DNA of 64,000 nucleotides from Paraspadella gotoi (GCA_051294375.1 CM119268.1:10512613-10576612), one strand, 5' to 3'; numbered from the stretch's first letter, positions 12,857 through 25,359 are shown. The notes: generated by a model from the letters alone, not told the origin. Made by a program: numbers and translations.

Positions 12857-15800
12857 AGTGGAGAGAGAGAGAGAAATAGAGTAGAGAGAGAGAGCTTTTG
12901 CTTAATTGCTTATGGTCTGCAATGGTCGAAGAATAGGGTGTAATCGGGTCTGTCTGTCTGTCTGTCTGTAATCGTGGTTTGTCTTTCGAGTCAGTAATCT
13001 TCATTTCTTTAATGACCTTCAGACGCTTCTGGATTGACAACCTCCTCTGCGAGGGCGACGAGAAACGAATCTCGTCCTGCCGCTTCGACGGATGGGGTCT
13101 CCATGACTGCACCTTGAAGGAGGCCGCCGGCGTCAGGTAAGCATTCGTTTGTCGCGCTGCTTGACAGGTGCGTAACTGGTGAAAAGTGAACGTTATTCTA
13201 TCGTCCACCAAACCGCCAGGTGCAACGAGCAGATGCGAAACCGTAACAACACTTCCCGAAGTAGCAGCCGCACCGGCCAAAACGGTCGCGAAAGCTTAAG
13301 CGACGACGATGACGGAGGCAAAGCAGAGGCTTCATCGTCGTCGTTGTCAACGTCGTCGTCTACATCCTCACTGACGTCTTCGTCATCGTCGTCGTCTTCG
13401 AAGGCTCTCGTCTCGGACGAGGCGCTGCGGTCGCTCGAGTCGTCGACGATGACGTCGAGGAACTCCGACGGAGACTCCATCATAGACATCATGAAGAAGC
13501 TGCTGCTGGCAAGAAGGCGCCAGAGCAGGAGGAAGAGCGACGAATCGGCGGCGACGGCGACGACGACGAAAGGTTTGACATTTTATGAGATGGCGCTGCT
13601 TGAAATCAGAATTTTTGGCAGAGAAGCCGACGGATCAAGTTTTCTGTTTATAAATTTGTGATTTTTTTTTCATCGAAATTGTGTTAAAATTTCTTTCCGT
13701 TGCGTTTTTAGATTTTTTTTGGTTAATAAACAACGATTCTTTAAATAATATATCGTTGTTTATAATTATAAAGACAGCTATCATTTAAGGATGAAACTGC
13801 AAGCTGATAGGTTGATTCCGGTTCCATGCTTGACCAATCAGGATTCGGCGATTCCATTTCAGCGGAGATCGCCCGAGTCTCCGATCCGATTTGCTTTTGG
13901 TGGCTTGATACTCCTGCGATGCTATGAATAGATTTTATTCAAATTCTATATTTAGTTTTTAATTCTGGCTAACAACGATTAAAAAAATGTTGTCAATAGC
14001 CTGAATAGGTTAATAAAAAGATATAAAGCGACGGAGATTTGTTAAGAAACTCTGAACTTTGAAGTTAGAATTTTATTAATGCTCTTTCTATTTTAAATAT
14101 ATTTCAGCCGTCGCCTTCTCCTCTTCCTCTTCCTCTTCCATCTTCACAAACCCATTAGCTCCCATCTCTTCAACGAGGCCTTCATCGAGTCCTGGCTCTC
14201 CTCCGGTTGCTGCGTCAACGTCGGTAACTTTAGCAACGACCGTAGCAACGACGCCATCGACGACGTCTACGACGACGACGACGACGACGACAAAGTTGGC
14301 AACGGAAGCGACACTCGACATTCCCCTCATCTCCATCTCTGGCGTCGAAGAAGCCGACGGAGAGACGGAGAGCTCGATCCTCCAGCCGCCGCAGCCGGAG
14401 CAGCCGCGCAGCGGACCGCAGCCCCAAGGATCTCGCGGAATCTCTTACACGAACGACGACGGGAAGATGGAAGACGTCGTCGTCGAGGACGAAGACGACG
14501 ACGATGAGAACGACGACGCCGTCAACGAGGTGGAGAAAGCCACCGAGGACGGATTGGAGAAACTGGATGACACCTCGCTGATCAAGATCGAGGAGGAGGA
14601 AGAGGAGATGAAGAAGGAAGAGCTGGAGTTGGAGGAAGAGGAGGGGGTGTTCCTCGAAGACATGGATTATAAGAAGAAGAAGGTGGAGGAAAGGAAAGAG
14701 GGTGAGGTCGTGACAGAAAAAGAGGAAAAGAAGGAAACGACGGAATCTCCAACGGTTTCTCCACAATCTAGTCGAGACCCCGAGCGAACCACTTCCTTGC
14801 GGACGAGAGTCTTGGGCTCCGAAGCCGCCACCGGCCTCCAGGTAGTCGAGGTGGTGGTCGACGAAGCCGTCGACACCGTCCTTACCTCTTCGACGCCGCG
14901 CGACGCCGCCGACGCGGAGACGGCGTCGAATCGCGTTCCCGGCGCCGACGTTTTGGGAGGTGGCGTCAGTGGCGGCGCCGACAGTATCTCGCCGGGGCAG
15001 ACGGCGCGAGACGGCGCCTTCAACAGGATCGTGCCCAACAAGCGCGTCGGCGGCGTCGGGGGAGCGAGGGTAGGGATAAGTGCCGCTGTTGATCCGGCGA
15101 AGAAGAAGGTCCCTTGGGTCAAAGGTGAGGACAATCGAATCGGCCGAGGAATCGTTTTAGTTTAATTACATCAAACCTATTAGCTAAATCATTAAAACAA
15201 TATGTAGATGGCGTGAAATGACGCCAGGCCGTATTAAGAACTTAGATCAACTTTGAACGTCAAACTTTACCGACGAAATTTACATAGTATTAAAAATATT
15301 TTGACGGTTTATATATTGCAATAACGATGACCAATATTGGTCTTCAGGCGAAGCGATGAAAGGCGTTCGCCTGACGAACGGGCGTCATGCGCAGGAAGGA
15401 CGAGTCGAGGTTCTCATCGGGGGAAAATGGGGACTCGTCTGCGGCGACGGGTTCGGCATGATGGAGGTAAAGAAAAAAATTTGCATATTGCTGGAATTGT
15501 TGGAATAATTCTCACATTCATGTCAGCCTAATTAGTAATTACATGTTTTCTTTCTATGAAAATTTGATCTTCTGCACTTTCTCTTTGCGAGGATTAGTCT
15601 TCATTTTTGTATCTAATACAAATTCTATCTTTTTCAAATTCAACCATTGTTTTTTATCTTATATTTTCGAATAACGAAATTTATCTATTAAAACTCTGTG
15701 ATTGCTTGTAATTGTCACTTTTTTTTTGAACAACAGTCATAGACCCATTCCACAATCCACATATTTTTGACTGTCACTCAAGTTTTCCCCCTCGTCTCCC

Positions 15801-18164
15801 CAAGGTGATCGTCATCTGCAAATCCCTGGGTCTCGGCGCGGGAGGCAATCCCGTGCAGACGACCTGGTGGGGAGGTGAGCTGGACGAGGTAGTCGTCAGC
15901 GGACTCACCTGCGGAGGAAAGGAAAGGTCGTTGGGCGAGTGTCGGTGGGACGAACCGGAACATACGCGGTGTCCGGGGAAGAAATCGATCGCCGGTGAGT
16001 CGGTGCGGGATGTGAGTTCGGGGGGGGGGTGCGGGAAATTGTAGGAAATGATATCCATTGTCATTATGTCATAATTGTATCGGTCAGAGGTAATAAAATA
16101 TTCCACAAGATTCTCTATACAATTTTTCTTGATAGTTTGCTCAAAGGAGTGAACTGTATTTAATGAACAGTGAACACCAAAAATTCTTATTCCTTACGCA
16201 AGATTATTTTTTCCAGGGGTAGCATTTGGATAAGACATATTTCTGACCCGTGATCACCCATCTCGACCTTTATTTTCTCCAGGCGTGGTGTGCGCCAACG
16301 ACCTTCCCGATCTAATGCCCAACGGTCGTCTGCTACAGTCTCATATCTACTTGGAGGATCGACAGCTGTGGTACCTTCAGTGCGCAATGGAGGAGAACTG
16401 TCTCGCCTCGGACGCGTACCTCGTGCGTCAGAGGGAATACAACTGGGCCTATCACAACAGGCGGCTGCTCAGGTCATTAATATTAACATCCTGATATAAC
16501 AACGACACATCACAATCCGTTCCGACCAACAGGTTTACTTCAAGCATCTTCAACAACGGAACTCAGGACTTTCGTCCATTCATTCCGAAGCACTTGTGGC
16601 AGTGGCACATGTGTCATATGCATTATCACTCCATGGAGGTCTTTACTCACTACGACCTCTTCGAACCGAGGTTCGTGTTTGCGATGATTGATGATGTTTG
16701 ATTCTTTCTATTTTTTGTCCTTATTGGTTTAAGGCCCGATGAGATTTTGTACATTTATCTAATTACCATATTGCAGGCGTAGATTTTTGTCCTACAAGTG
16801 TAAAAAAAAAACTGAATTAAAGTAAAGAGTTAGTGATAGGTTTCAAAAAGTAAAATAAGTGATTCATCAACAAATTTTAAAACGAGCCTTTAAACGATAA
16901 ATATAAAAGAAAATTAAATCCTGTTAAATTTCATCAGGTCGGGCGTCAAAGTCGCCGAAGGGCACAAGGCGAGCTTCTGCCTGGAGGATTCATCTTGCTC
17001 CGGTAACGCAAGAATTCGGTTTCAATGCGCCGGCTATGGTGACCAAGGAATATCGCCGGGTGAGTGATAAGGATGCACGGTGGGAGGGAAAGGATGGGAG
17101 CAATGCCGGTTCATTTGTGGAATATCTTCGAAGTTCTATTCGGGATCTTTGAAAACTGTCGAAGTTCGTAAAATAATTCGATGTTAATTTTTATTTTCTC
17201 GCGTCTTTTCCCTTTTTTTTCGTTTTATTTTGAATAATGCATCAAATTTGTTTCGCTTTGCATATAATTAAGACATTTTATTATTCTACCAAGTTATGAT
17301 AATGGGGATATTAAATCGAGGGCGAGGCTACCGTATTTGTACAGAAACCGCCTACAGTTGGAGATATTGGAGAAAAGAGCATTTTTACATAAAAAGTAAT
17401 AGTTATTTTTCTTAAAAATAGGTTTTTTTATTAGCTATTTTTCTCTAAAAATCAACATATACCGCCAACTCCGCTTCGTACTTCCAGACAATGAAAAAAG
17501 AAAAGGGAGAAAGAATGGGCGAACGAAAGGGAGAGAGTAAAGAGAGATAGAGAGAGACAGAGAAAGAAAGAGAAAGAAAGATAAAGAAAGATAAATAGAG
17601 ATAAATAGAGATAAATAGAGAGTTTCAAATTTTCAAAGAGTGAGACTCGCGATAGAAACGAATTCAACAAAAATACTTTTTCTACGTCCATTTCAACAAT
17701 TGGTTCATTTGTTTAATAAACTCCATCCACCGAACAGGCTGCGAGGACACCTACTGGGCGAGCATCGATTGCCAATGGATCGATATCACGGGCGTCCTCC
17801 CCGGAACCTACATCTTCCGTGTCTCCATCAACCCCGAGTTCAAAGTCCCTGAGCGCGACTTCGACAACAACGCCCTCATCTGTCAGCTTGACTACAACGG
17901 TGTCTCGGTCCTAGCGAGGAATTGCAGGTGGCGTATTATTGACTTTCTTTTTTTTTTTTTAGCTTATATAAGTTAGCGGCGAGTATTAAATTTTCTTTCA
18001 CTTCAATATATATCTAAAGGCCCTTCTGTATGCTTGCTTATTTATATACGTATTAAAACACGAATTGTGCATTTTCGTTATATAGGCTTGGCCCCGTCGA
18101 CTCGATGGAGTGGGCACCTCGAGGTTACACTCTTCCGAATCTGTGGCACACCTCGCGACGATGA
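12581..18164 (+). CDS. Loxl2: Lysyl oxidase-like protein (SRCR, long linker, SRCR, LOX catalytic domain); 5' end not located
   Basis: Exons 12581-12770, 13023-13136, 13220-13572, 14108-15124, 15348-15466, 15805-15994, 16283-16472, 16533-16670, 16938-17059, 17738-17927, 18086-18164 (TGA), all GT-AG. SRCR motifs [27 protein letters not shown] and VRLTNGR..EGRVEV..WGLVCGD. LOX motifs [12 protein letters not shown], copper site [15 protein letters not shown]-forming HKASFCLED and [16 protein letters not shown] 1-bp deletion near 12726 is intact in the other copy. Confidence 0.93.
13797..13921. repeat. Dispersed repeat fragment in a LOXL intron, homologous to 51076-51192 (also 6065-6191 in the duplicate)
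   Basis: Shared sequence ctgcaagctgat.gg..gattcc...accaatca.gattc...gatcc..tttgcttttgg..ggcttgat.ctcctgcgatg. Confidence 0.7.
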
Positions 18165-18815
18165 CGACAGGCGGCCCCCGGGGATTTCTGTAGTTTTGAT
18201 TAATAATCGCTGTCACCTTCGCAAAATCCTTTCTCAATTTACTTCTCATTCTTTCATCTCTCCTCCGGCGAATCAACCAATGACTGCCAGTTTTTTTGTT
18301 TTTTTTTTATTAGCCGGTGATCTTGTTTGCCGACCACGATTCTTTATATTACGCTAGTTGAAATAATTCTTAAAAGTATTGCCTAATCCCGTGTACAAAA
18401 GAAGCTTTTGATTTGTTGTAAATTATCGCAAGGTATATCGCCCTCGATTAAAGTTGATACTATTGTTTTTGTTTTACTTGTTGATTGTTGCAAATACATT
18501 CGCTATGAAAAAAAACATTTTATTTCAGTCTAATTGATAATATATTTGAATCAATCAGAGGGCCAATAGCAAAATCTTGCAAAATTAATATATAACAATT
18601 CAATGTAGTCTTAATTATTGTAACAGTCACTTAGTAACTTTTTTTTTAAAAATAATCTATAATCATTAACCCATCACACACGTACATATATGACGCTTGT
18701 AAATAATCACAAGACTAAAATCAATTTGTATTTACAGAAAATTAACCGACAATCACCAACGTAAGTAAAAATTTACTATAAGGACACCAAAATAGAAGCG
18801 TGAGCGTTTATTTTC

Positions 18816-20801
18816 TCAAAGCAAAACCGTAGCTGACAGGGGAGGCAAAACGCCAACCGGTTGTTGAGAGTACGTTTTCAAACCCATCGCCGCGCAAACC
18901 TGGTTGCAAGCGTGAGTCTGAAAAAACAGTTTGACTCCTTCTTCCGCCAGATTCATTTCCCCGAAGCGCGTCAACGCCTTGCTGTGAATCACGGGATCCG
19001 TGAGAACCACCGAGGTTCCGTTTTTTATCCCTTGAAGATCCACGACGATCAAGTAACCATCGGTGATGTCGTAGGTCCAGTGGCTGAAGGCCTGCATGGA
19101 GGCGCTGAAGTCTTCTTCATTGACCCAGCCCCAGTTGTTGTTGAACTTGCGATAGTCGCCTCCCATGTAGGGCTCCTTAGCGGAGTATGTCTCTTCGCCC
19201 TTAATGAAACGGACGAGCTCGCTCTGCAGGTAGGTCAGCTCCTTAACACCGTTTGGTTTGATTTTGTTGAAAACCCTAGCCATGTAGAATGCGACAGCTT
19301 GAACCTCCATTTCGCAAAACAACTTCTGAAAAACTTGGTTTTTGCTTGATTTTCTCAGAAAACTTTTGATAACGCTCATCCGGTCTTCGTCTTCGCCGTC
19401 GAGCCGATCCTTGGCGTAAAAGGCCGCTTTGAAAGCGCCGTGGGCGAACGGACGTGGCGCCGTTCTGACGAGCCCCTTTTGGGTATTAATCTTGAAGTCG
19501 TTTCTGATAACGTACAAGACATGGGCTTTAATGTTGCCCGCAGGCTGAGGAATCTCGAACGAGTAAGACTTGTACTCTTTCTCCTCGATCGAGTTCCAAT
19601 CATCGGGCATTTCGGTTACCAAGTCGACGGCGACGCGATCATCGACTCCCGGTCGCCGACTCGTGATTAGATCCTCGCTCGCGGAGATCGAGGACGAAAT
19701 AGTCTTCGAGATCGAATCTAGAAAGACGTCGAGAGACGCCGCGGGACACACATTGATCCAGCCATCGTCGCGGCGCATGATCTTTTTGAACTCGGAAATC
19801 ATCTTGTCCGTGTTATTAGTGATTTTGAAGAACATGTAAGAATCAATTAGCTCTCGCAATCTCGGCAGCAAATCCTCGGCTGTCAATCCGTTGGGGTCAC
19901 CGTCCTCGTGATCGTCCCGGGTCAAGTTGTGAAATCTCCTGCCGTGACACGGCGCGTCGGTCACGTGGAGAAGGACCTTCGTCGGAGAGCTCCATCCTAA
20001 TTCCGTCACCTTCTTGAATCCTCCAAAGACATCTTCGGGTCCATCGCCGCCGCCCGTCGCTTCCACGCCCGCTACGAACTCTTTGAACTCCTCGACGGAA
20101 TTCGTAAAGTCTCGGACTTCGAACTGGCCGTGAGACGAGCCCGCGTCGCAATGATCCCGGTAGGCGACCATGGCCAGATTCAGCTTGAGGTATAAATGCT
20201 TTTTCTTTAAATCGTCGACCAAATTCGTGATCTTGTCGCGGACTCCCCTGATATGACCGTCCATGCTGCCGGTGGCGTCAATAAGGAAACAGGCGTCGAC
20301 GGTGCTCGCTCTTTTGATATTTCCAATCAGCTCCGCGATTTCTTGTCGACGTTCGAGAATTTTTTTATGCTTGAGCCTCTCCTTGAAGATGTCGTCCTCC
20401 AACATCTTGCTCTGGGCGTTTTCGGCCGCCGTGGAGTTTTCTAACCGGTTGTTTTCCCTCCTCAGCTGCTCCAACTTCATCCTTCGCTGCGCGTTCCTGT
20501 TCCCGGCCGCACGTTCTTGAAGCAATCGTTGTTTTCTCTCTTCCTCCTTTTTCTCTTCCAATACAAAGGCCTCGTCGACGCTGTCCAGAGGTTCTTCGCT
20601 GATCGTATTGAACATTAACTTCATGGCGCCGGCGGTATCGTCTTCCTCGCGGCGATCGTCCTCCTTCCGCCGCTCGTCTTCGCCTTTGAACTTCGACGAG
20701 TCGATGGCATTGAGCGTCAACCTGGCAGTACGAGGCCGAGGCTTTTCCCCTGATTTCAAATTAGCAAAAAGTTTTGCCAAAAATTCTTCTTTTTCCGCCA
20801 T
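18816..20801 (-). CDS. vWA-domain alpha-kinase (Dictyostelium VwkA-like), 661 aa, intronless CDS
   Basis: Charged coiled-coil N-terminus. vWA motifs DACFLIDATGSM, VAYRDH, GGGDGPEDV, VTDAPCHG. Alpha-kinase motifs PFAHGAFKAAF, VIKSF, KFNNNWG, QAFSHWTY, VVDLQG, LTDPVIHS, and Zn-binding HACNQVC. Confidence 0.93.
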   Translation of the reverse strand: MAEKEEFLAKLFANLKSGEKPRPRTARLTLNAIDSSKFKGEDERRKEDDRREEDDTAGAMKLMFNTISEEPLDSVDEAFVLEEKKEEERKQRLLQERAAGNRNAQRRMKLEQLRRENNRLENSTAAENAQSKMLEDDIFKERLKHKKILERRQEIAELIGNIKRASTVDACFLIDATGSMDGHIRGVRDKITNLVDDLKKKHLYLKLNLAMVAYRDHCDAGSSHGQFEVRDFTNSVEEFKEFVAGVEATGGGDGPEDVFGGFKKVTELGWSSPTKVLLHVTDAPCHGRRFHNLTRDDHEDGDPNGLTAEDLLPRLRELIDSYMFFKITNNTDKMISEFKKIMRRDDGWINVCPAASLDVFLDSISKTISSSISASEDLITSRRPGVDDRVAVDLVTEMPDDWNSIEEKEYKSYSFEIPQPAGNIKAHVLYVIRNDFKINTQKGLVRTAPRPFAHGAFKAAFYAKDRLDGEDEDRMSVIKSFLRKSSKNQVFQKLFCEMEVQAVAFYMARVFNKIKPNGVKELTYLQSELVRFIKGEETYSAKEPYMGGDYRKFNNNWGWVNEEDFSASMQAFSHWTYDITDGYLIVVDLQGIKNGTSVVLTDPVIHSKALTRFGEMNLAEEGVKLFFQTHACNQVCAAMGLKTYSQQPVGVLPPLSATVLL

Positions 20802-21157
20802 ATTGACGCTTCAATGTTTACTCGTAAGATCGATCTAAACTAAAATTAAAAACCAAACTTAGTTAGATATCAGAATACACAATTCTATTTATACAAACTA
20901 TGAACCCAAAAACTAAATTATAATTGAAAAAAATTTCGTAATTATAATATTCAAATATTCACAAATGTGACCAGTATGTTCCTTCTGCTATCAATGTTAT
21001 AAAATTGACATTCAGATTTTAAAAAGCTAATCCTTTTTTTTTTAACCTAAAACACCCAAAAAATCTTTTAAATTTACATGTTATCATTTTTCAAATTCTA
21101 CAAATTCAATGTCTTTTTCAGTCACCCTTACAAGCATCGCTTCAGTCCCCGGACCAA

Positions 21158-22370
21158 TCAATCCTCCAACAATGCTTTCATCAACATGAGCATGGCCAAT
21201 TTACTGGCATCACCCTGACCCTTAGGCGGTCTAATAACCGTCATGTTGTGCTGCTTGTGTCGATTCTTGTTGAAGCAAGTGGAACAAAGATCGTAATTGT
21301 CGCATTCGACGCACTTGAAGCGATTGCCGTACACCTTTCCAGAGCAGCCATCGCATCGAACTCCAGGATGACGACCCTCGGAAGAATCTTTCTCATCCTC
21401 TTTGCCCCCACTCGTCTGTTCTTGCCTCCGATCCCTCGAGCACTGCTTGACAATATCCAGAGCTGTAGGCCGATCGTTTGGATCCGGCAGCAGCATCTTC
21501 ACGATCAACTCTCGCAAGGGTTGAGAGTAAAATCCGGGGAGAGGGTTGTCCGCTCCTTTCCAATTGACAGCGGGGAATTTAAGAAGGTGCTCCCCGTTGT
21601 TGCAGTAGAAAGCCATGACGGCGCCAAAGGACCAAATGTCGGCGGCGAAGCTGTACTTATTACCTAGCAGAACTTCGGGCGCCATGTAGATCATTGTTCC
21701 TGCTTGGGTGTGGGCGTAGAATTTTGCCCTGTCGTCGGGGACTATGAGCTTGGCCAGGCCGAAGTCGCCTAACTTCCAAGAGATGCCATCTCCGTCATTG
21801 ACCCCTGAAAGGCAGAAATAACCCTAATTAACCAGAAGAAAATGAATGAAACTGAAATAATGTTTTTCACCCAAAATGTTGTCCGGCTTGAGGTCTCGGT
21901 GCATGATGTGCTTCTCGTGCATGTAATGAAATGCGGAGGTGAGATGAGAAATGAAGCGCCACGTGTTAAACTCGGCACCGAGACCGCGACGCCACCGCGC
22001 CGCGTCGCTCTCAAACTTTTCCACGTGTTTCGTCAAAGTGCCAAAGTTCGCGAATTCCATCAGGATGAAGATGGCGCCCTTCTTTTCAAAGGAGCCTTTG
22101 TACCTGAGATAATTGCTCTTTGATGACATGAAAAGGCGGATGAAAAGAGACATTACTGTGCCGCATTTACCCGATAATGTTGTCGTGTTCGCATTCCTTG
22201 AGCACTTCAATTTCCTTCAGCGCAGATTTGTCCGGATTCTTCAAATGTTTTAAAGCGTAGGTCTGACCGTCTTTCCTCACTTTGTAAACAGAGCCGAATT
22301 GACCCTCGCCGAGTTTGACGGGATTTCCCGACGAGCCGAGTATCATGCTAACATCAAATTGCTTCGCCAT
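21158..22370 (-). CDS. NEK-like Ser/Thr kinase with C-terminal ZZ zinc finger (kinase 1, 359 aa)
   Basis: Exons 22370-22171, 22103-21871, 21804-21158 (1080 nt). Motifs GEGQFGSV, ALK, HRDLKPDN, DFG, APE, DIWSFG; ZZ finger HPGVRCDGC..RFKCVECDNYDLCSTC..H..HNM. Confidence 0.92.
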
Positions 22371-22400
22371 GACAAAGGTTTGGCATTAAACTTTCTAAAA

Positions 22401-23310
22401 ACAAGTTAGAGCAAACAATGTCGGATCTGCCCACGATCATTAACGGTAATTAATTAATTAATTAATAATTAAATAATTCAAATTAATTAAATAATTCAAG
22501 TTAATTAATAAAGTAATTAGCCAATTAATTAATTAATTTGATCCCACATATTTGTTTTTAGGTCTTTTCGTCACTAACCACGACAAAAGCAATGACGACG
22601 ATGAGAATAATGCCGATAACGATTGACTTGATTGATTGACTGATTACTTAATTATGGAATAATTAATTGACTAATTGATTAATTAACTGATTAATTATTT
22701 GATTAATTAATACATCTTGCATTTACATTTAATATAAAAAGAAAAAGAAGCATAATCACTTAGTGAAACAGTTTTTTTGTTTTTTTTATTTAAAATTATT
22801 TCCACTCAAACAATTCCATTGAAACTTTATTTCCAGCTTAATCACACACTTTCCCACCCACATACAAAATTTCAGGTCAATCGCCCCATCCACTCATAAG
22901 CAATTGGTGTTCAAATAGTGAAATATATTTTTTTTTCCATTTAAACTCATTTCCACTCGGATGATTCCATTAAAACTTCATATCCACTATCCAGCTCAAT
23001 CACACACTTTCCTACCCACACACAAAATTTCATTCCAATCTATCCATCCAATCACGAGTAATTGGTATTTTTTGCTAAGGTGGGACGGATGGACGGAGGG
23101 ATGGACGGACGGAGGGAGGGAGGGACAGATGGACGGACGGACGAACATCATCTTTTGTGCATAATTTATCATAATTCGATGTTCTGACATGATATAAATG
23201 AGTGCCCGACAAGATTGAGGGCGGACTGGGGATTGGGCGGATTGGGGGCGGACCGACAGACCGACAAAGTGAATTATAGAGTCGGGATCTGCTGATAAGC
23301 AGATCCGACT
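22401..23310. mobile_element. Helentron-associated non-autonomous element (HINE/DINE-1-like), copy A
   Basis: One end is ACAAG with a subterminal IR gtcggatctgc (22420-22430). The other end is a hairpin agtcgggatctgctgataagcagatccgact (23280-23310). Internal ~135-bp tandem repeat and a (GGAC/GGAT)n microsatellite at ~23083-23142. Flanked by A-runs. A second, inverted copy lies at 62176-62680. Confidence 0.75.
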
Positions 23311-23531
23311 AAAAATAAACGAAAAAAATTATTAACAAAAAGTAAACTTTAACAATTACTACCACATGTACAGAGAAAAGAAAAACTACTATCAATTATC
23401 AATCAAATTATCAATTATTCAAATAAAGAAAGTCCAGGCAACACAAAGACTAATATTTTTCGTGTCGATAAATCCCAAAGTACGCTCGGTATTATTTCTT
23501 CTATTAAGTTAAATCAAAACTTAACATATTC

Positions 23532-25359
23532 TCATTTAGAAAACATCGATCTCTTTTTGACCCTTTCCTTTTTTCTCATCTGGCGAAAAATCTCAATATC
23601 TTCTTCTTCGCTCTCATCCGTACTACTTTCTGTTTCCCTGTTTCGTGAACGGTCATCACGATTTCGACGACGTTGTCGATCATTGCTACGACGGCGTCTT
23701 CGGCGACGATCATCGTCGCCACGATGGTCACTCTCATCACTGCGATGTCCACTGGCGTCACGGCAATGGCTCGTGTCGCGCCGCCGATGTTTACTATCAT
23801 ATCGAGGAAGATCCCGACATGTTCGTTCGTCGCGACATGATGATCTTCCATGACGACTTTCTCCATTACTTCCACTTCCCCCACTTTTTCTGCTGTCGTA
23901 GCCACTGCTTTTATCAGCGCAACAATTCGATCGTCCTCGCCGAACATAACATTTTCTGCAAAGATGATCATCCAAAGCTAAAGAAAGTTCTCTTCGGGAT
24001 TTATCATCAGGCCTCTTCTTCTCTTTGGTTTTCAGTTCTAGTTGATCGAGACGAATACATATTGTAGCTAAGGTCCGTTCCATTACCGTCAAGCGATCTT
24101 GAGATTTAGCATCATTGGATAGTGAGCACAATTTATCTACGTCCTTAGCAGTCAGTGGATCACTCATGCCATTTCTTACTGCTTCGTCTTTTATTTCACT
24201 ACAAACATCGATGCCTTGCAGAATGATTGTCATTTCATTTTGCTTCCGATTGTTCAACCGAGTCACGCCAAGCTCTCCAAGGAAACCACCATGACAGTAC
24301 GGTCGTTCTTGTCTCTCTTCGCGCATACATTCCTGTAGAATGACAGCAGGACTCAGGCGCTCGTCCGGTTCCGGGAGCAACATTTTAGCAATCAAATCTC
24401 GCAAAGCTGCTGAGTAAAATCCTGGAATTGGTTTGACCAAACCCTTCCAGTTAATGGCTGGAAACTGTAGAAGATGTTGACCTTTGTTGCAGAAGAACCA
24501 TAGAAGGCATCCAAAAGCCCAGATATCTGCGGGAAAGCTATAGTTATTTCCCAGTAGTACTTCGGGTGCCATATAAATGATGGTTCCGCACACAGTCTCG
24601 GGATAATTATTCTGAAAGAAATTGGCCAAACCAAAGTCACCCAACTTCCAGGTGATGCCATCTCTATTGCTAACGCCTAGGATATAAAAAATTTTAAAAA
24701 ACGTTAAATACAAATATTAATGTGGAAGAGGAGGTTTCCTTCTCACGCAGTCACGCATGGGAAGCAGTTTATAACTGTTTTGCTCTTTTAATTTATTAGT
24801 TCTTAGTTAAGATCTTACCCATTCAGCAGGTGTCGCTTCTTTTTTTTACCTAAAACGTTGTCGGGTTTAACATCCCGATGCATAATGCGCTTTTCATGTA
24901 GATATTGAAAAGCGGAAGAAAGATGAGTGATGAATCGCCAAACGTTGAATTCGGCACCCAAACCCTCGCGCCACTCAGTGTCATTTGATAACCTCTGCAA
25001 ATGCCTCGTTAGCGACCCGACGTCGGCATACTCCATCAGAATGAATAACTCGTTTTCTTTCTCGAAAGAACCTTTGAACCTGCGGCAAAGTATCAAATGA
25101 ATCAAATCAATTAATGAATCAATTAATAAATCTAAATATGGCGGTACCCGATAATGTTGATGTGTTGGCATTCCTTAAGAACTTCAATCTCGGAAGATAA
25201 AATCTTCTTGTCAAAATCTCTGAATTTTTTTAAAGCATAAATTGTTTCTCCTTTCCTCACTTTGTATACTTCTCCAAACTGACCACAGCCAAGTTTTATA
25301 GGTTTTCCCATATCGCTGAGAAAAATACTCAGGTCCAGTTGTGATGTCATGATTGTCAT
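23532..25359 (-). CDS. NEK-like Ser/Thr kinase with coiled-coil and Arg/Asp/Ser-rich tail (kinase 2, ~528 aa)
   Basis: Exons 25359-25148, 25079-24850, 24676-23532 (1587 nt). Motifs GCGQFGEV, ALK, HRDVKPDN, DFG, APE, DIWAFG. Same two intron positions as kinase 1. No ZZ finger. Confidence 0.9.

Larger units (their letters stand above)
1229..16658. repeat. ~7.7-kb direct duplication flanking the assembly gap (1229-8883 vs 8909-16658); probable false duplication
   Basis: The sequence after the gap (ttttcgttcgag...gtggtttcgcttatcggg) repeats ~1229 onward. The last bases before the gap (ctttactcactacgacct) match 16641-16658. Differences are mostly small indels that increase towards the contig ends. 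Confidence 0.9.

Noticed and set aside
18861-20838. Plus-strand ORFs overlapping the alpha-kinase, and similar antisense ORFs over other exons
   Set aside because: Shadow ORFs of GC-rich coding sequence with no independent motifs.
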